Source: an uncultured delta proteobacterium
Lineage (GTDB): Bacteria > Desulfobacterota > Binatia > Binatales > Binataceae
Reading direction: 5' to 3'
NCBI GenBank assembly: GCA_963811865.1
Contig: CAWESZ010000005.1
Coordinates: 801,893-865,892 of the forward strand
DNA length: 64,000 nt
Part shown: one piece after another, positions 1-11,780 of the stretch
How positions within the stretch are numbered: the first letter of the stretch is position 1
How the letters are laid out: the number at the start of each line of letters is the position of its first letter
Position numbers and translations under genes: made by a program
Notes under the pieces: model-generated
Told to the model about the DNA's origin: nothing
The model's input: only the letters and a program-made list of their open reading frames with translations
Databases searched by the model: none

Positions 1-669
1 TCGCCTCGCTCGGCGCTCAGGGTCCACAGGTGGCCGCGGCGCTCGCGAAAGAGCTGGGCCTGGGGCTTGCGGATATCCCGTGGCATGCGACGCGCGATGC
101 GTTCGCCGAAATCGTCGCGATCCTTGGTATCATATGCGGCAGCCTGGCCAAGTTCGCAACGGACATCGCCTTGCTGATGCAGACCGAAGTCGCGGAAGTA
201 TTTGAGCCGCACGCCAGCGGCCGCGGCGGGTCGAGCACGATGCCGCAGAAGCGCAACCCGATCGCGGCCGAGTACATAATCGCGAGCGCGCGCGGCGTTC
301 ATGCGCTGGTCGCCCCTGATGCTCTCCGCGATGGCGCAGGATCACGAGCGCGCGACCGGTCCGTGGCAGAGCGAGTCGCTCGCGCATTCCGCAATGCTTT
401 GTGCTGACCGCCGGAGCGCTGGCGCACGCGCGTGCGATCGCAACCGGGATGACGGTCGATACCGCGCGGATGCGCCGGAACCTGGACCTCGATCATGGCT
501 TGATCATGGCGGAAGCGATCGCGACCCATCTGACTCCGATCCTGGGCCGGGCCTCCGCGCATCACGCGGTCGGGCGTCGTTTGCGATCTCGCGATCGCCG
601 AAGCGCCGCGCCTTGCGCGACGTGATTCGCGACGACCCGGAGCTGAGCAAGCATCTTGCCGGCCGCTGA
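1..669 (+). CDS. class II fumarate-lyase family protein, 3-carboxy-cis,cis-muconate cycloisomerase (PcaB)-like or adenylosuccinate-lyase-like; 5' partial; at least 2 apparent frameshifts (frames of ORFs 30-407, 401-625, 301-669)
   Basis: Lyase signature GSSTMPQKRNP plus flanking WHATRDAFAEIVAILG...LLMQTEVAEVFEP. The C-terminal continuation LIMAEAIATHLTPILGRASAHHAV is found in a second frame. Confidence 0.6.
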
Positions 670-755
670 CTTGAGCGGCTGACAAATCCGGCCAACTATC
701 TCGGATCAGCGGGCGTGTTCGTCGATCGCGTAGTCGCCCGTATCGCGAGGCTCCA

Positions 756-1881
756 ATGACTGCTCGGACTAATCGAATCGGGCCGCCGTTTCGTTCGGAT
801 CACGTCGGAAGCCTGCTGCGCCCGAAAGAAGTGCTGCAGGCGCGCGAGGATCTCGAACGCGGCCGCATTGCCGCCGCCGAACTGCGCCGCATCGAGGACG
901 AAGCCGTCCGCCAGGTCGTTAAGATGCAGGAAGACGTTGGCCTGCATGGAGTCACCGACGGCGAGTATCGGCGCGGGTCGTGGCACATGGACTTTCTCTA
1001 CCAGATCGGCGGCGTCACGAAGGTAAAGGATCACTTGAAGGTGCGTTTTCACAATGAAAAGGGCGACCTCGAATTCACGCCCGCCGCGCTGCGCGTCACC
1101 GGCAAGCTGCGGCTCGAGAGCTGCATCTTTGGCGAGGACTTCCGGTTCCTCAAAGTCGGCCACGGGCGCGACGCCGAAACTGAGCATCCCGTCGCCGAGC
1201 ATGATGCACTATCGGGGCGGCCGCGCCGCGATCGACGCGTCGGTCTATCCGGAGATGGAGCAATTCTGGGACGACCTCGGGCGCGCCTATGCGGACGAAA
1301 TCGAAGCGCTCGGCAAAATCGGCTGCACCTATCTCCAGCTCGATGACACCAGCCTCGCCTATCTCAACGATCCGGCGCAGCGCGAGTATGTGACGAATCT
1401 CGGCGGCGACGGCGATCGGCAGCATCTCACGTATATCCGGCTGATCAATTCAGCGCTGGCGAAGAAACCGGCCGCGATGACCGTGTGCACGCACATGTGC
1501 CGCGGCAACTTCCGCTCGTCGTGGGTCGCTTCGGGCAGCTACGATCACGTCGCCGAGGCCTTGTTCGGCGAGCTCAAAGTGGACGGCTTCTTTCTGGAGT
1601 ACGACGACGCGCGCTCGGGCGGGTTCGAGCCGCTGCGCTTCGTGCCCAAGGGAAAGACAGTCGTGCTGGGACTAGTGAGCACCAAGACGGGCGCACTCGA
1701 AAAGAAAGACGACCTCAAGCGCCGCATCGAGCAGGCGGCGAAGTACGTTCCCCTCGAACAGCTCTGCCTGAGTCCGCAATGCGGGTTCTCCTCGACGGTC
1801 GAAGGCAATGCTTTGACCGTTGACGATCAGATCGCAAAGCTCCGCCTGGTCGTCGAGACGGCCCGCGAGATCTGGGGTTGA
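756..1881 (+). CDS. cobalamin-independent methionine synthase (MetE C-terminal domain)-like protein; apparent frameshift near 1150-1200
   Basis: N-terminal FRSDHVGSLLRPKEVLQAREDL. C-terminal half (ORF 1054-1881) has CTHMCRGNF...LSPQCGF, typical of the MetE-like/UroD fold. The two halves lie in different frames. Confidence 0.65.
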
Positions 1882-1930
1882 TGAACGCGATCGCGAATTT
1901 CCAAACTCTGGCCCCAAGGAGGCTTCGCCC

Positions 1931-2806
1931 ATGAATTCGGAGATCGAGTTGCGCGATCAGCTTCTGGTCGGACCGCTGCGGCGATCGGTCAACAGCGCCC
2001 GCAGCGTGCGAGGCAGCATTCACGATGACTCGACGGCGACCAAGCTCGGCTTTCGGGGTGGGACGGTCGCCGGCTCAATTCATCTCGAACTGTTCCCTCC
2101 GCTGCTGCTGAGGGCGTTCGGCGAGCGCTGGTTCGAGCGCGGCACGCTTTCGATCTATTTTCTGAACGCGACCACCGATCGTGAAGCAGTGCGCGCGTTC
2201 GTCCGGCAGCCGCCGAGCGACGCGGCCGACGTTCAAGTCGAGGCGTGGATTGAACGCGACGACGGAATGCGCGTCGCTGAAGGCACGGCTTCACTCGGCG
2301 CTCCAGACGAACCGACGGCGCTGATGCGCCGGCCGCTGGATCGGTTCGACGCGGGCCAGATGCGCATCCTTGGTGGCCTGAAGGTCGGCGACCAGTTCGA
2401 GGAAAGCGACGTGATTCTGACGCCGGCGGCGATGGGCGAGCGGATGAAGGAGATCACCGAGCCGCTGGAGTGGTACGCGGGTCCATCGCCGTGGGGCGGC
2501 GCGATCGCGACCCCGGCGGCTATGGTTCAACTCCTCTATGCCAGCCCGATCGCGAGTCTGCGCGGAAAGCTTGGCGCCGCGGTCGGGCTCTTTGGTGCGA
2601 TCGAGATCCGGAGCATGCACGGTCCCGTGCTGGTCGATCAGCGGTATCGCGTTATTGGGAATATCGTTTCGTTAGGGCAAAGTCCCAAGACTGAATACAT
2701 GTGGTTCGAGACGGCCCTGGATGATTCCGATCGCAAGCGGATCGCCAAGATGCGAATGTTGCTGCGTTTCATGAAGGCGTCGTCGCCGCTCTATCAGGAC
2801 TCGTGA
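1931..2806 (+). CDS. hypothetical protein (possibly double hot-dog/MaoC-like fold; function unknown)
   Basis: Long GC-typical ORF. Internal ATG at MNSEIELRDQ is preferred over the ORF-track start. No diagnostic motif recognised. Confidence 0.45.
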   Translation: MNSEIELRDQLLVGPLRRSVNSARSVRGSIHDDSTATKLGFRGGTVAGSIHLELFPPLLLRAFGERWFERGTLSIYFLNATTDREAVRAFVRQPPSDAADVQVEAWIERDDGMRVAEGTASLGAPDEPTALMRRPLDRFDAGQMRILGGLKVGDQFEESDVILTPAAMGERMKEITEPLEWYAGPSPWGGAIATPAAMVQLLYASPIASLRGKLGAAVGLFGAIEIRSMHGPVLVDQRYRVIGNIVSLGQSPKTEYMWFETALDDSDRKRIAKMRMLLRFMKASSPLYQDS

Positions 2807-2828
2807 TTCGCCCGCGATCGAAGCGACC

Positions 2829-4635
2829 TCACCGGTACGCTGCGGCCTGGATGCCGTAGAGCTCGGCGTACTGTCCGCCTTTGGCCATCAGCGCTTCATG
2901 GGTGCCCACCTCGACCACGCGGGCGCCGTCGAGCACCACGATCTGATCGGCCATCCGCACCGTGCTGAACCGATGCGAGACCAAAATCGTGATGCGCCTC
3001 TTGAGATGCGCTCCCTCATCCGGCCGCTCGCCGCGTGCGGCGGCTGCGTAGCGCTCGAACAGCGCGTGTTCGGTCTCGGCGTCCAGCGCCGCGGTCGGCT
3101 CGTCCAGCACCAGCAGCATCGGATGATCGCGCATGAAGCCGCGGGCCAGCGCCAGCTTCTGCCATTGGCCGAAGCTCACCTCGACTCCATCCGGCCAGGT
3201 CGGGCCAAGCTGCGTCTCCAACCCGGCGGCGAGCTTCTCCACCACATCGTCCGCCCCCGGCGCGGCCGACGGCCGCAATCACCGCGGGCTCGTCATCCAG
3301 CCGGGGCACGTCGCCAAGGCCCACCGTATGGCGCGCGCGAAACTCGAAGCGGAAGAAATCCTGGAACGCCCCGGCACGCGCGCTCGCCAATCGTCGGCGC
3401 GAATCCGCGCCAGGTCCACGCCATCGACCAGGATGCGTCCCTGGTCGGGCTGATACATCCGGCACAGCAGCTTCACCAGCGTGCTCTTGCCGGCGCCGTT
3501 CTCGCCGACAATCGCGACCACGGAGCCGCGCTTTAGCTCCAGGTTGACATCGTCGAGCACGCGGCGCTGGTCCCGGGATAAGCAAAGGACACATGCTCGA
3601 AGCGGATGCCGTCCGACCAGCCGCTCCGGCGCCGGTGTGTCGGCATGCTCCACCATGAGCCGCGGCATAGTCTTCCAGCCACGCCAGGCGCTGCGAACCA
3701 TCGAGCCAGAATCCGCGCAGGAATCCGATCTCGCCCACGGTCGCGCCGATATAAGCCGATAGCCGCGCGCCCGCCGCGAGCACCAGCAGCACCTGGCCCG
3801 GCGTCGCGTCCGAGTCCCGAGGAAACGAACACCACTGCGCCCACGTAGCCCGCGCCGAAAATCGCCCACGCCAGCGTGTGCCACAGCCGCACTCGCCCAA
3901 CGCGCGCGGCCACCGGCCCGTACCAGCGCTCCCACGCCTCGCGCCGCTGCTTCACCAGGCGATCGCCGATCCGCGTGACCCGCACCTCTTTTCCCGGCGG
4001 CGCCGTGGTGGCGATGGTGAACAGATGCCGCGCCAGACGGTTGGCCGATGCGCCACGCTCTTCGGCACGCGCGCTCGACTGCCCGGCCGCCAAGTCGAGG
4101 TGAGCACCGTCGGCAGCGCGAATGCCGCCAGCAGAGCCAGCGCCGGGTGAATCGACATGAGCAACGCCATGCGTCACGCCGAGCCGCAGGATCCATCCGC
4201 AGGTGGAGAACAGCGACATGTACATGTGGTCGAGCACGAACACCTGGTCGCGCAGCATCGCCAGCCGGTCCAGATAATCCGGACGTTCGTGATGAGCGAT
4301 GGTCGCGACTGAGGCCTGCAGCCGCGCCACATGAGATTCCAGCGCCACGCGACCCGATCGCGGAACCGGCGTTGGGTGCGATCGCTGGTCACCTTGAGGA
4401 ACCAGGTCGCCGACCGCCGAGACGCCAAGCCCCAGCGCCGGCTCCGATCACCAGATTGCGATTGTGGCGCAGCACGTCCGTCGGCCAGCAGCTTCATCCA
4501 CAGCGCCAGCAGCGCATCGGGCAGCGCCGCCAGCAACGAGAGCCCGAACGAGACCGCCAGCAAGCGCGGCTCCGCTTCGTAGCGCGCGCTTGAGCGCACG
4601 CCACATCGAAGGCAAGCGCCGGCGGCAGTCGTCAT
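2829..4635 (-). CDS. ABC transporter, fused permease/ATP-binding protein (exporter type, MsbA-like); multiple apparent frameshifts
   Basis: Walker [11 protein letters not shown] (ORF 3279-4196), signature/Walker B/H-loop [12 protein letters not shown]...[10 protein letters not shown] (ORF 2829-3278), and TM-domain fragments in ORFs 3533-4348 and 4174-4635. Confidence 0.75.
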
Positions 4636-6452
4636 GCGTCAGGCAGAGGGCATCCAGCGCGGACTCCTTCTTCTTCGCCTTCGTCGGCCCCGAAGCGCGA
4701 CGCCTGCAATTCGAACATGGTGCGATAGCGGCCGCCCGCGGCCATCAACTCGTCGTGGGTGCCGAGTTCGATCACGCGGCCGTGTTCGAGAACGCAAATC
4801 CGATCGGCGTGACGCACGGTCGAGAATCGATGCGAGATCAGGATCGTGGTGGCATGGCGCGTCGCCGTCAGGATGCGCTCGAAGATTTCCGCTTCGCCGC
4901 GCACATCGAGTTGGGCGGTGGGTTCATCGAGCAACACCACGCCCGCGCCCAGCTTCACAGCGCACAACGCCCGCGCGAGCGCGACCCGCTGCCACTGGCC
5001 GCCCGAAAGATCGGTGCCGCCCTCGTATCCGCGCGCGAGCACCGTGTCGAGGCTGCGCCAGATGCGCCGCGCCCGCCTCGGCCAGAGCCGCCTCGATGAC
5101 ACCGTCGGGCGCGCCGGAGGGCGCAACGTTGTCGCGCAGCGGCAGCTCGAAGCGAATGAAATCCTGGAACACGGCCGTCACCCGCGCGCGCCAGCCGTCG
5201 AGGTCGAGCTCGCGCAGATCGACGCCATCGATCTCGATGGCGCCTTCTTGAGGGTCGTAGAGCCGGCACAACAACTTCGCCAGCGTGGTCTTGCCCGCCC
5301 CGTTCTGCCCGACGATCGCCAGCGACGAGCCGGCCGGAATCGTCAGGTCGAAGCCGTCCGAGCACCGGCTGCGCCGGCGCGGGATAGGCGAAACCGACAT
5401 TGCGAAACCGGATCTCGCGCGCCGGCATGTTCTGCGCCGCGCGCGTGCCCTGCGACCAGCGCGCCCGCCGGAGCCATCGCCGTCTTGCAAGCGAAGCACC
5501 GCGGTCGCCGGCGCGGCGGCGCCGTCCAGCGCCCACGACAATCCACCGAACGCGATCATGCTGGTGCTGACCGCCGCGCTGGCGAACGTCACGACGCGTC
5601 CCAGCGCCAGGCGTCCCGGCGGCGGCATCGGCAGCGATCGCCCAGAACACGATGACGTTGGCCGCCAGCACGATCAACAGGCTCCACAACACCGGCTGCT
5701 CGCGCAAGCGCGTCGCCTGCCATCGCAGATCGAGCAAGCGCCGGCGCCGCGAGGTGAATCGCTCGACCGTCCATCCCGCCAGTCCGAACAGCCGCAGTTC
5801 CTTGGCGGCCGGCGGATCGACCGCCAGGCGATACGCGTAGTCGGCGTGCCGCTGCGCCTCGCGAACTTCTTCGGTGTTGCGATCGCGCCACACGCGCTTT
5901 CGCGCAGCAGCCAATGCGTCGCGAGCCACGCGCCGGCCAGCAGCAGCGGCGCCCACCAGGTGTAGGCGGCCAGCACCAGCGCCGACGCCAGCTCCGCCGA
6001 CCAGCTCGACCAGCCCGGACGCGATGAAGTCCATCGAAATCGACAGCGGTGGTCCACTGATGCCGAGGTCGAAGTCGCGCGCCATGGTCGAGGTCGGTGG
6101 TAAGCCGCGGGTCTTCGAGATGTCCCATGCCCGGCGGGCGTGACGCAGGCGCGTGGTCAGCTCGATCATAGAGCCACGCGGCGACGCGGCTGCCAAGGTT
6201 CGCGCCGATCGCCTGATGGAGCGGCGACAACACCTGAAGCAGCACGAACACCACACCGACCGCGGTCAGCGGCGCAGCGAGCGAATTGCCGCGCTGTACC
6301 GCGCCGACCAACACGCCCATCGCGATCGCGAACAGCGCGGGCAGCAGCCCGCGCAACGAGAGCGCGAACCACCAGGCGATCGCGAGCGGACGATCGGCTT
6401 TGCGGCAGAACGCCGAAAAACTTCCATTCGGGGCGCGCCCGTAAGCGATCAA
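4632..6452 (-). CDS. ABC transporter, fused permease/ATP-binding protein (second exporter subunit, likely heterodimer partner); multiple apparent frameshifts
   Basis: Walker A GQNGAGKTTL (ORF 4924-5628), LSGGQWQRVALARAL...LLDEPTAQLD...ILISHRFSTV (ORF 4632-5126), and N-terminal TMD in ORFs 5589-6452 and 4955-6256. The stop overlaps the start of the downstream ABC gene. Confidence 0.75.
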
Positions 6453-6608
6453 TCATTCGCACATCCTTACAACCGTCCGCACCTCGAATAGGTTACGCAG
6501 CGGGGACGAAGTCCCTGCTGAGGAACCTATAAGTCGTGCTCCGATCGGGATGCAAACCGACAGCGAGTCTCGGCGACCGCAGTCAGTCCGGGAGAAAAGA
6601 GCGCTGCA

Positions 6609-7682
6609 CTACGCCGGCGAGCTTGGGAAAGTCGGCGTGACGGGCAGGGTGGTCTTCTTCGCGAGATAGCGCGACAGCAATCTCAGCACGGACGGCGTGA
6701 CCTGCTCGATCGCCTCGGAGCGGAAGCCGACCGATTCGGGACCGCGCGCACGCATCATCCCGAGCATCGAAAGCCGCGTCAGCGCCGCGACGCCCTGGCA
6801 GTACTTGTAACGATCCAACTCCATCGGCGCCATCGCGTGATAAAGCGGAAAATAGAGCATCGAGAACATCCGGCGCAGCGAATTGCCCGCCGCGTTGTCG
6901 CGCATCCAGCGCGGCTTCTCCATCGAGGAGGTCGACAGGATCACCGAGGTCGTGGCCGCGTCGAGATGGCGATCGCCCAGGTCAGCGTTGACCCAGTCGA
7001 TCACGCCCGAAACCTGAACACCCTTCACCAGCACGTTCTGCGGATGGTAGTCCATGTGCACCAGCGAAGGCCGCGCCTGCCGGAATGCGGAGGCGCGGCT
7101 GCGGGCCCATTCGAGCGCCTCGCGCAGAAAAGGCAGGGGACCGTGCTCGACGCGCTCGGCGATCGTATCCAGGATGCGGTCGAGCAGCGGCGCATCGGGA
7201 GCCGAATCGCTGGCGCCGAATGCGTGCGGGACGCCTTCGGGCGCGACGCTGCGTGGATCGAGCCGATGGAGCGCCGCCTGGGTGCGCACGAACGACCAGA
7301 AACCGAGCGAGAAGGTCTTGAAGGCGGACGGGAAACTGCTGATCGCGAACAGCGGACCGCCGCGCAGCCGATCCATAATCAGGAACGGGACGCCGATCGC
7401 GGCGCGCTCGCGCTCGTAGAGGTAGGGCTTCGGCACCCGATAGCCGGCGCCCGAAAGCTGGCGGATCGAACGGTACTCGCGGGTGCCTTTGTCCTCGGCG
7501 CCGCCGCCGTCATAAAAGCGCAACACCAGCGGCGTCGCGGCGGGTAGCCTGAAGCGCGGGACGGGGCGATCGAGAGCGAACTCGAACACGCTGGTTTCCC
7601 ATCCGCTGGCGAGCAGGCTCAGGCGGTTAACCGTCGAGCCGAGGTAGTCCGTCAATCGAGCTTTGATCTGTGGGAGTTCCAT
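6609..7682 (-). CDS. phosphotransferase enzyme family protein (APH/choline-kinase-like kinase fold), intact
   Basis: Catalytic loop HMDYHPQNVLV (Brenner HxDxxxxN) and VIDWVNADLGDRHLD (DxxxxD metal-binding motif). 357 aa, no frameshift. Confidence 0.75.
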   Translation of the reverse strand: MELPQIKARLTDYLGSTVNRLSLLASGWETSVFEFALDRPVPRFRLPAATPLVLRFYDGGGAEDKGTREYRSIRQLSGAGYRVPKPYLYERERAAIGVPFLIMDRLRGGPLFAISSFPSAFKTFSLGFWSFVRTQAALHRLDPRSVAPEGVPHAFGASDSAPDAPLLDRILDTIAERVEHGPLPFLREALEWARSRASAFRQARPSLVHMDYHPQNVLVKGVQVSGVIDWVNADLGDRHLDAATTSVILSTSSMEKPRWMRDNAAGNSLRRMFSMLYFPLYHAMAPMELDRYKYCQGVAALTRLSMLGMMRARGPESVGFRSEAIEQVTPSVLRLLSRYLAKKTTLPVTPTFPSSPA

Positions 7683-7856
7683 CTTCCTCCGCCGGTGCAG
7701 GAACGCCGAACCGCGCTGCGATTCACCTCAGGCGCGTGCGATCGGTTCGCGCCTGTCTAAGAATTAATACGGTTGCCGCCCGTACGCAACAAAACTGACA
7801 CTCGTGTCAGGCGGTCTATGGACAAGTTCATCGCGAAGCTTTCGCCACCGACTTCC

Positions 7857-9045
7857 TCAGTTTTGCGGCTGGCGGTGGCGGCGATGAAGAAACGGCAGGC
7901 GCTCGAGCAGGCCGCGCGGCCGGTCGCCGCCGGTCTCCGCCGGCGGGCGCAGCGATTCCAGCGGGGTCCCGAGCGCGCCGCTTTCGTGCTGTCGCTGCTG
8001 AGTCGAGGTGAGCCGCGGTCCGCGCTGGTCAGCGACGTCGATTGAAACGTCCACCGAAAGACCCAGCCGCAGCGGCTTGTCGGGCGGTGGCGGCGAATCG
8101 AGCACGATCTTGACGGGTATGCGCTGCACGACCTTGACCCAGTTGCCGGTCGCGTTCTCCGGCGGCAGCAGGGCGAAGGCCGAGCCGGTGCCCATGCTGA
8201 TCGAATCGACGTGTCCGGGGTACACCTGGCCGGGGTAGATATCGGCGCGGAGATCGACACTCTGCCCAACCCTCACGTCGGTGAGCTGGGTTTCCTTGAA
8301 ATTGGCGGTGATGTAGAGACCGTTGGTCGGCACGATACTCATCAGGGGCTGTCCCACCTGCACGCGATGGCCGACGTGTACGCTCTTGTGCGTGATGATT
8401 CCCGGCAGCGCGGCCTGGATCTTCGTATAGCTGAGGTCGAGCCGGGCGGCGTCAAGCGCGGCCTGCGCCTGCTGGACCACCGGCCGCTCGTAGCGCGAGC
8501 GGTCTTGCGCGTCGCCGCCGAGCGCGGCCCGTGCGCTTTCCACTTCTTCTGCGGCGAGCAGCTTGTTGGCCCGCGCTACGCCGAGCGCGGTAACGGCTTG
8601 ATCGTACGCCTGGCGCGAGATTACGCCGGTGTCGCGCAGCGAGTGGGCGCGGTCGAAATCGAGCTGGGCCTCCGTGAGTTGCGCGTCGGCGAGCTTGACG
8701 CCTGCTTCGCCGGCCGAGAGCTGCGCGAAGAGCTGATCGACGGTTTCGCGCGCCCGTTCGAGCTGGGCCTCGGCCTGCTCGACGCGCACCTCGAAGTCGC
8801 GCGGATCGAGCGCGATCAGCAAGTCGCCGGCCCTGACCGATCCAGTTGTCCATCACATAGATCTCGGTCACGGTGCCGGAGACTCGGGGCGTGACCAGCA
8901 CGATGTTGCCGTCGACGTAGGCGTCGTCGGTGGTGACGTGAGCGGCGAAGTAGCGGTAGTAGGGCATCATGACGACCGCGGCTGCGCCCATCGCCACAAT
9001 CGCTACCACCCCTATTGTCAAGCGGACTGTCAATCGGGCGTTCAA
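7857..9045 (-). CDS. HlyD/EmrA-family membrane fusion (periplasmic adaptor) protein; apparent frameshift near 8840
   Basis: N-terminal TM plus TDDAYVDGNIVLVTPRVSGTV (ORF 8452-9045), coiled-coil region, and C-terminal GNWVKVVQRIPVKIVLD (ORF 7857-8822). Confidence 0.75.
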
Positions 9046-9123
9046 TCGATGTCGTCTTCTGATCCGCTACGATTTGGGCTGCGTCGCCGCGGGCCGGCGG
9101 TCAATCTGTGCGGATCGTGACGC

Positions 9124-9834
9124 TCACGGCGCTACGATTTGCACCTTCGGCTCTCCGGAACCGGATACCACCACCTGGCCATTGATCGACAGATCGATGG
9201 CCAGCGGGCCCTGGTTGGTGTTGGTCAGGCTGAACAGGCCGTCCACCTTGCCGGATGGATTCTCGAACAGGAACAAAGTCCGCACGTAGTTGCTGAGATT
9301 GAACCCGATTTTCTTATCCTCGATGAGTCCGTTGAAGTACTCCCCGGCGGCGCCCTTGACGTAGAAGCGCGTATCGGGGTTGGCCGAGGCCGCGACCTCT
9401 TCGAGCCCCGTGGCGGTCTGGACCACGACCGTCCCGAAGGGCTCGGTGGTTGAGTCGACGCCCACCGTGACTGTGCCATAGGTAAGGATTGCGACGCTGA
9501 GCAAGGCGCTGTCGGCGGAGAGTTTGGTTGCGAACATCCGGGCGGGCGGTTGGTTATTGAGAATCACGATATCCAGCGGCGTGATGCCTTGCACCGTCCA
9601 TGACGCCTGGGTGTCGGTGACTAGGGCGCTGAACGGCGTATGGGGAGTACCCTGGACCCTGAAACTGGTCTGTGGGGGCAGGGCGCCGCCGCCGGTCACG
9701 CCCTGGATTCCGCCGCCGCACGCTGCGGCCATCGCACAGGACAAAGCTACTATCGCGCCGCGCAGGAAGCGCCGGGCCGGGAACCAGAACGCGCCCGATC
9801 GGGGCAATCGGCTGGGCGGATTTTGCGTTGGCAT
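9124..9834 (-). CDS. hypothetical secreted lipoprotein
   Basis: Signal peptide with lipobox-like ALSCAMAAAC. Internal ATG (MPTQNPP) is preferred because the first 23 codons of the ORF lie in the duplicated 3' flank of the upstream paralog. Confidence 0.5.
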   Translation of the reverse strand: MPTQNPPSRLPRSGAFWFPARRFLRGAIVALSCAMAAACGGGIQGVTGGGALPPQTSFRVQGTPHTPFSALVTDTQASWTVQGITPLDIVILNNQPPARMFATKLSADSALLSVAILTYGTVTVGVDSTTEPFGTVVVQTATGLEEVAASANPDTRFYVKGAAGEYFNGLIEDKKIGFNLSNYVRTLFLFENPSGKVDGLFSLTNTNQGPLAIDLSINGQVVVSGSGEPKVQIVAP

Positions 9835-9857
9835 TAGTAGCGGCAAGTTGAAACGCA

Positions 9858-11780
9858 CTAGAGCGGGTTTATGAGTGGAGTGGAAGTGCAGACGCCGGGG
9901 CAACTTCCGTCCGCGAGAAAGCAGATCCGGGGACAGGGTGTGGAAGTCGCGGCCGGCTCGGGTATCGTCACGGTGGTCGGCTGGCTCGCAGGCACCCCGC
10001 TCTCATAGCGCTGCGCAGTATAGGTGTCAGGCGGCGCGCAGAACGAAAACTGTCCGGCGATAGCGGAGGTGCTCGTCCCGACCTGCGACTCCATCAGTTG
10101 CACGCTGGCATTCGACCGCGCGTCGGTCTTCGACAACCGTACGGTGGTGCCGCTGTCCGGTGTCACCGCGACCTGCCCGTTCAGCGTCCCGTGCCCGACG
10201 CAATTGAGCGTCGGAAGGTTCTGGCCGGTCGCACCGCCGGCGACGTTGCTCAGCACCTCGATAGTGTGCCCGGGAAACGGATCGACCCGGTCGTTGTAGA
10301 AGTCCTGCGCGGCCGCGAACAGGTCGAAGCTCGCAACCGAGGTCGGGACCGTCAAGGTGAAGGGCGCGCTGGTCTGGCCGCTCGGGATGGAAACCATCGT
10401 GACATTTTCGAGATTGTTGGTGCCGCTGTCCTCGCCCATCACCAGCACCTGGATATCCGCGCCGGCGACCGGGGGTACATTGACCGACACCGTTCCACTG
10501 ATAGTCGTGCCGTTGAGCGCGAAGCTGCACGCGGTAGTTGAGGTGTTGGGCGGACCGCATACCGCCGTGCCGCCGACGGTATTGACCGGCGCGGTCGCGA
10601 TCACGGGATTGTAACCAGCCGCGACCACCTCGAGGGTGTAGATGCCGAGGGGGACCGTGTTGAAGAACGCCGGGCGGTTGGTGTTTCCGGGCAGCGGGTA
10701 GTAGCCGGTGTCATCAGTGCTGCCGACGGCCACGATTACGCAGTCGCTGGGCTGGGTGGCGCAATCGGTACTTTGTCCCGCCGGAGGCACCAGCAGGTTG
10801 ACCGTCGCGCCTTCAATTTCCAACCCGGTACGGGCATCGGTTATCACGCCGTTGATTGAGCCGGTTTGCGCCGAGGCTACCGTGAAGTCTTGAGTGACGC
10901 TGCCGCCGCGAGTTATCGCGATTCCGGATGCGGCGGAGAATTCGACTCCGGTGCCGTGGACAAAAACGTCGTAGAGCGTGCCGGCACTCGAATCCTGCGC
11001 GGGAAGCTGAAGGCTGTACGAACCCGAGACTACCGCCGCGGATCCGGCGTGCTGACCGGTTCCGCGCAGCACGGCCTTGACTGCAGCGCCCGTTGCCGGA
11101 GCACCGGTCACACTGCCGTGAATCTCGCCGAGGTAGGTGACGCCGGTTGGCACCGAGATCGACGGATCAATGCTGTAAAACCCGTTCTCTCGGGCCGGTG
11201 GCGTAATCGTTCCCGGATCGATATCGAGGATCAGCGGTGCCAGGTGTTTATGCACGACTTGCAACCCGACGTGGGTGCGAATCGCGTTCACGGTCTCGAG
11301 GGAGATGGAGTGACGCAGGCATCCCTCGTGGATAGTCGGCGCCTGCGGGCAGTTCGGAACAATCTGGCCCGGGGCGTCCGACGCCAGTTCCAGCTCCGCC
11401 TGCCGGTATTCCTGGGCGGGTACCGCCTTGGTGCCGAACAGTTGGACCTGGTCCTGCAGGTTGGCGAGATCGATCTGCAACTCGCCGAGCGTCCCGAGGC
11501 CCGGCGAGACCCCGATCGTGACCCAGTTCGGGTCGTCGTCGCTCAAGCTCAGGTCGCCGCTGGGATTGATTCGCACCGAAACGACGTTGAGCAGGAGATT
11601 CTGGTAGCCGTTGGAGGGACTGTCGACGAAACCCACTTCGACCAGCCCCCTGGTCGGGGTGGGAGTGGGGGTACTGTTGCTACTGCTGCCGCACCCGACG
11701 GGAATTACCACCAGGGCCAGCATCAGGACCATCGGCGCGAGCAGGGCGAGCGCCACCTCCGAGCCATATTGAAGTTTCAC
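9858..11780 (-). CDS. large lipoprotein with carboxypeptidase-regulatory-like (CarboxypepD_reg) beta-sandwich domains, paralog A (640 aa)
   Basis: Signal peptide with lipobox VGCGSSS. Domain motifs GATVNLL...TDDTGYYPL...NTVPLGIYTLEVVAAGYNP. Cys-rich C-terminus TPCPRICFLADGSCPGVC. About 75-80% identical to the adjacent paralog B. Confidence 0.7.
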   Translation of the reverse strand: MKLQYGSEVALALLAPMVLMLALVVIPVGCGSSSNSTPTPTPTRGLVEVGFVDSPSNGYQNLLLNVVSVRINPSGDLSLSDDDPNWVTIGVSPGLGTLGELQIDLANLQDQVQLFGTKAVPAQEYRQAELELASDAPGQIVPNCPQAPTIHEGCLRHSISLETVNAIRTHVGLQVVHKHLAPLILDIDPGTITPPARENGFYSIDPSISVPTGVTYLGEIHGSVTGAPATGAAVKAVLRGTGQHAGSAAVVSGSYSLQLPAQDSSAGTLYDVFVHGTGVEFSAASGIAITRGGSVTQDFTVASAQTGSINGVITDARTGLEIEGATVNLLVPPAGQSTDCATQPSDCVIVAVGSTDDTGYYPLPGNTNRPAFFNTVPLGIYTLEVVAAGYNPVIATAPVNTVGGTAVCGPPNTSTTACSFALNGTTISGTVSVNVPPVAGADIQVLVMGEDSGTNNLENVTMVSIPSGQTSAPFTLTVPTSVASFDLFAAAQDFYNDRVDPFPGHTIEVLSNVAGGATGQNLPTLNCVGHGTLNGQVAVTPDSGTTVRLSKTDARSNASVQLMESQVGTSTSAIAGQFSFCAPPDTYTAQRYESGVPASQPTTVTIPEPAATSTPCPRICFLADGSCPGVCTSTPLINPL

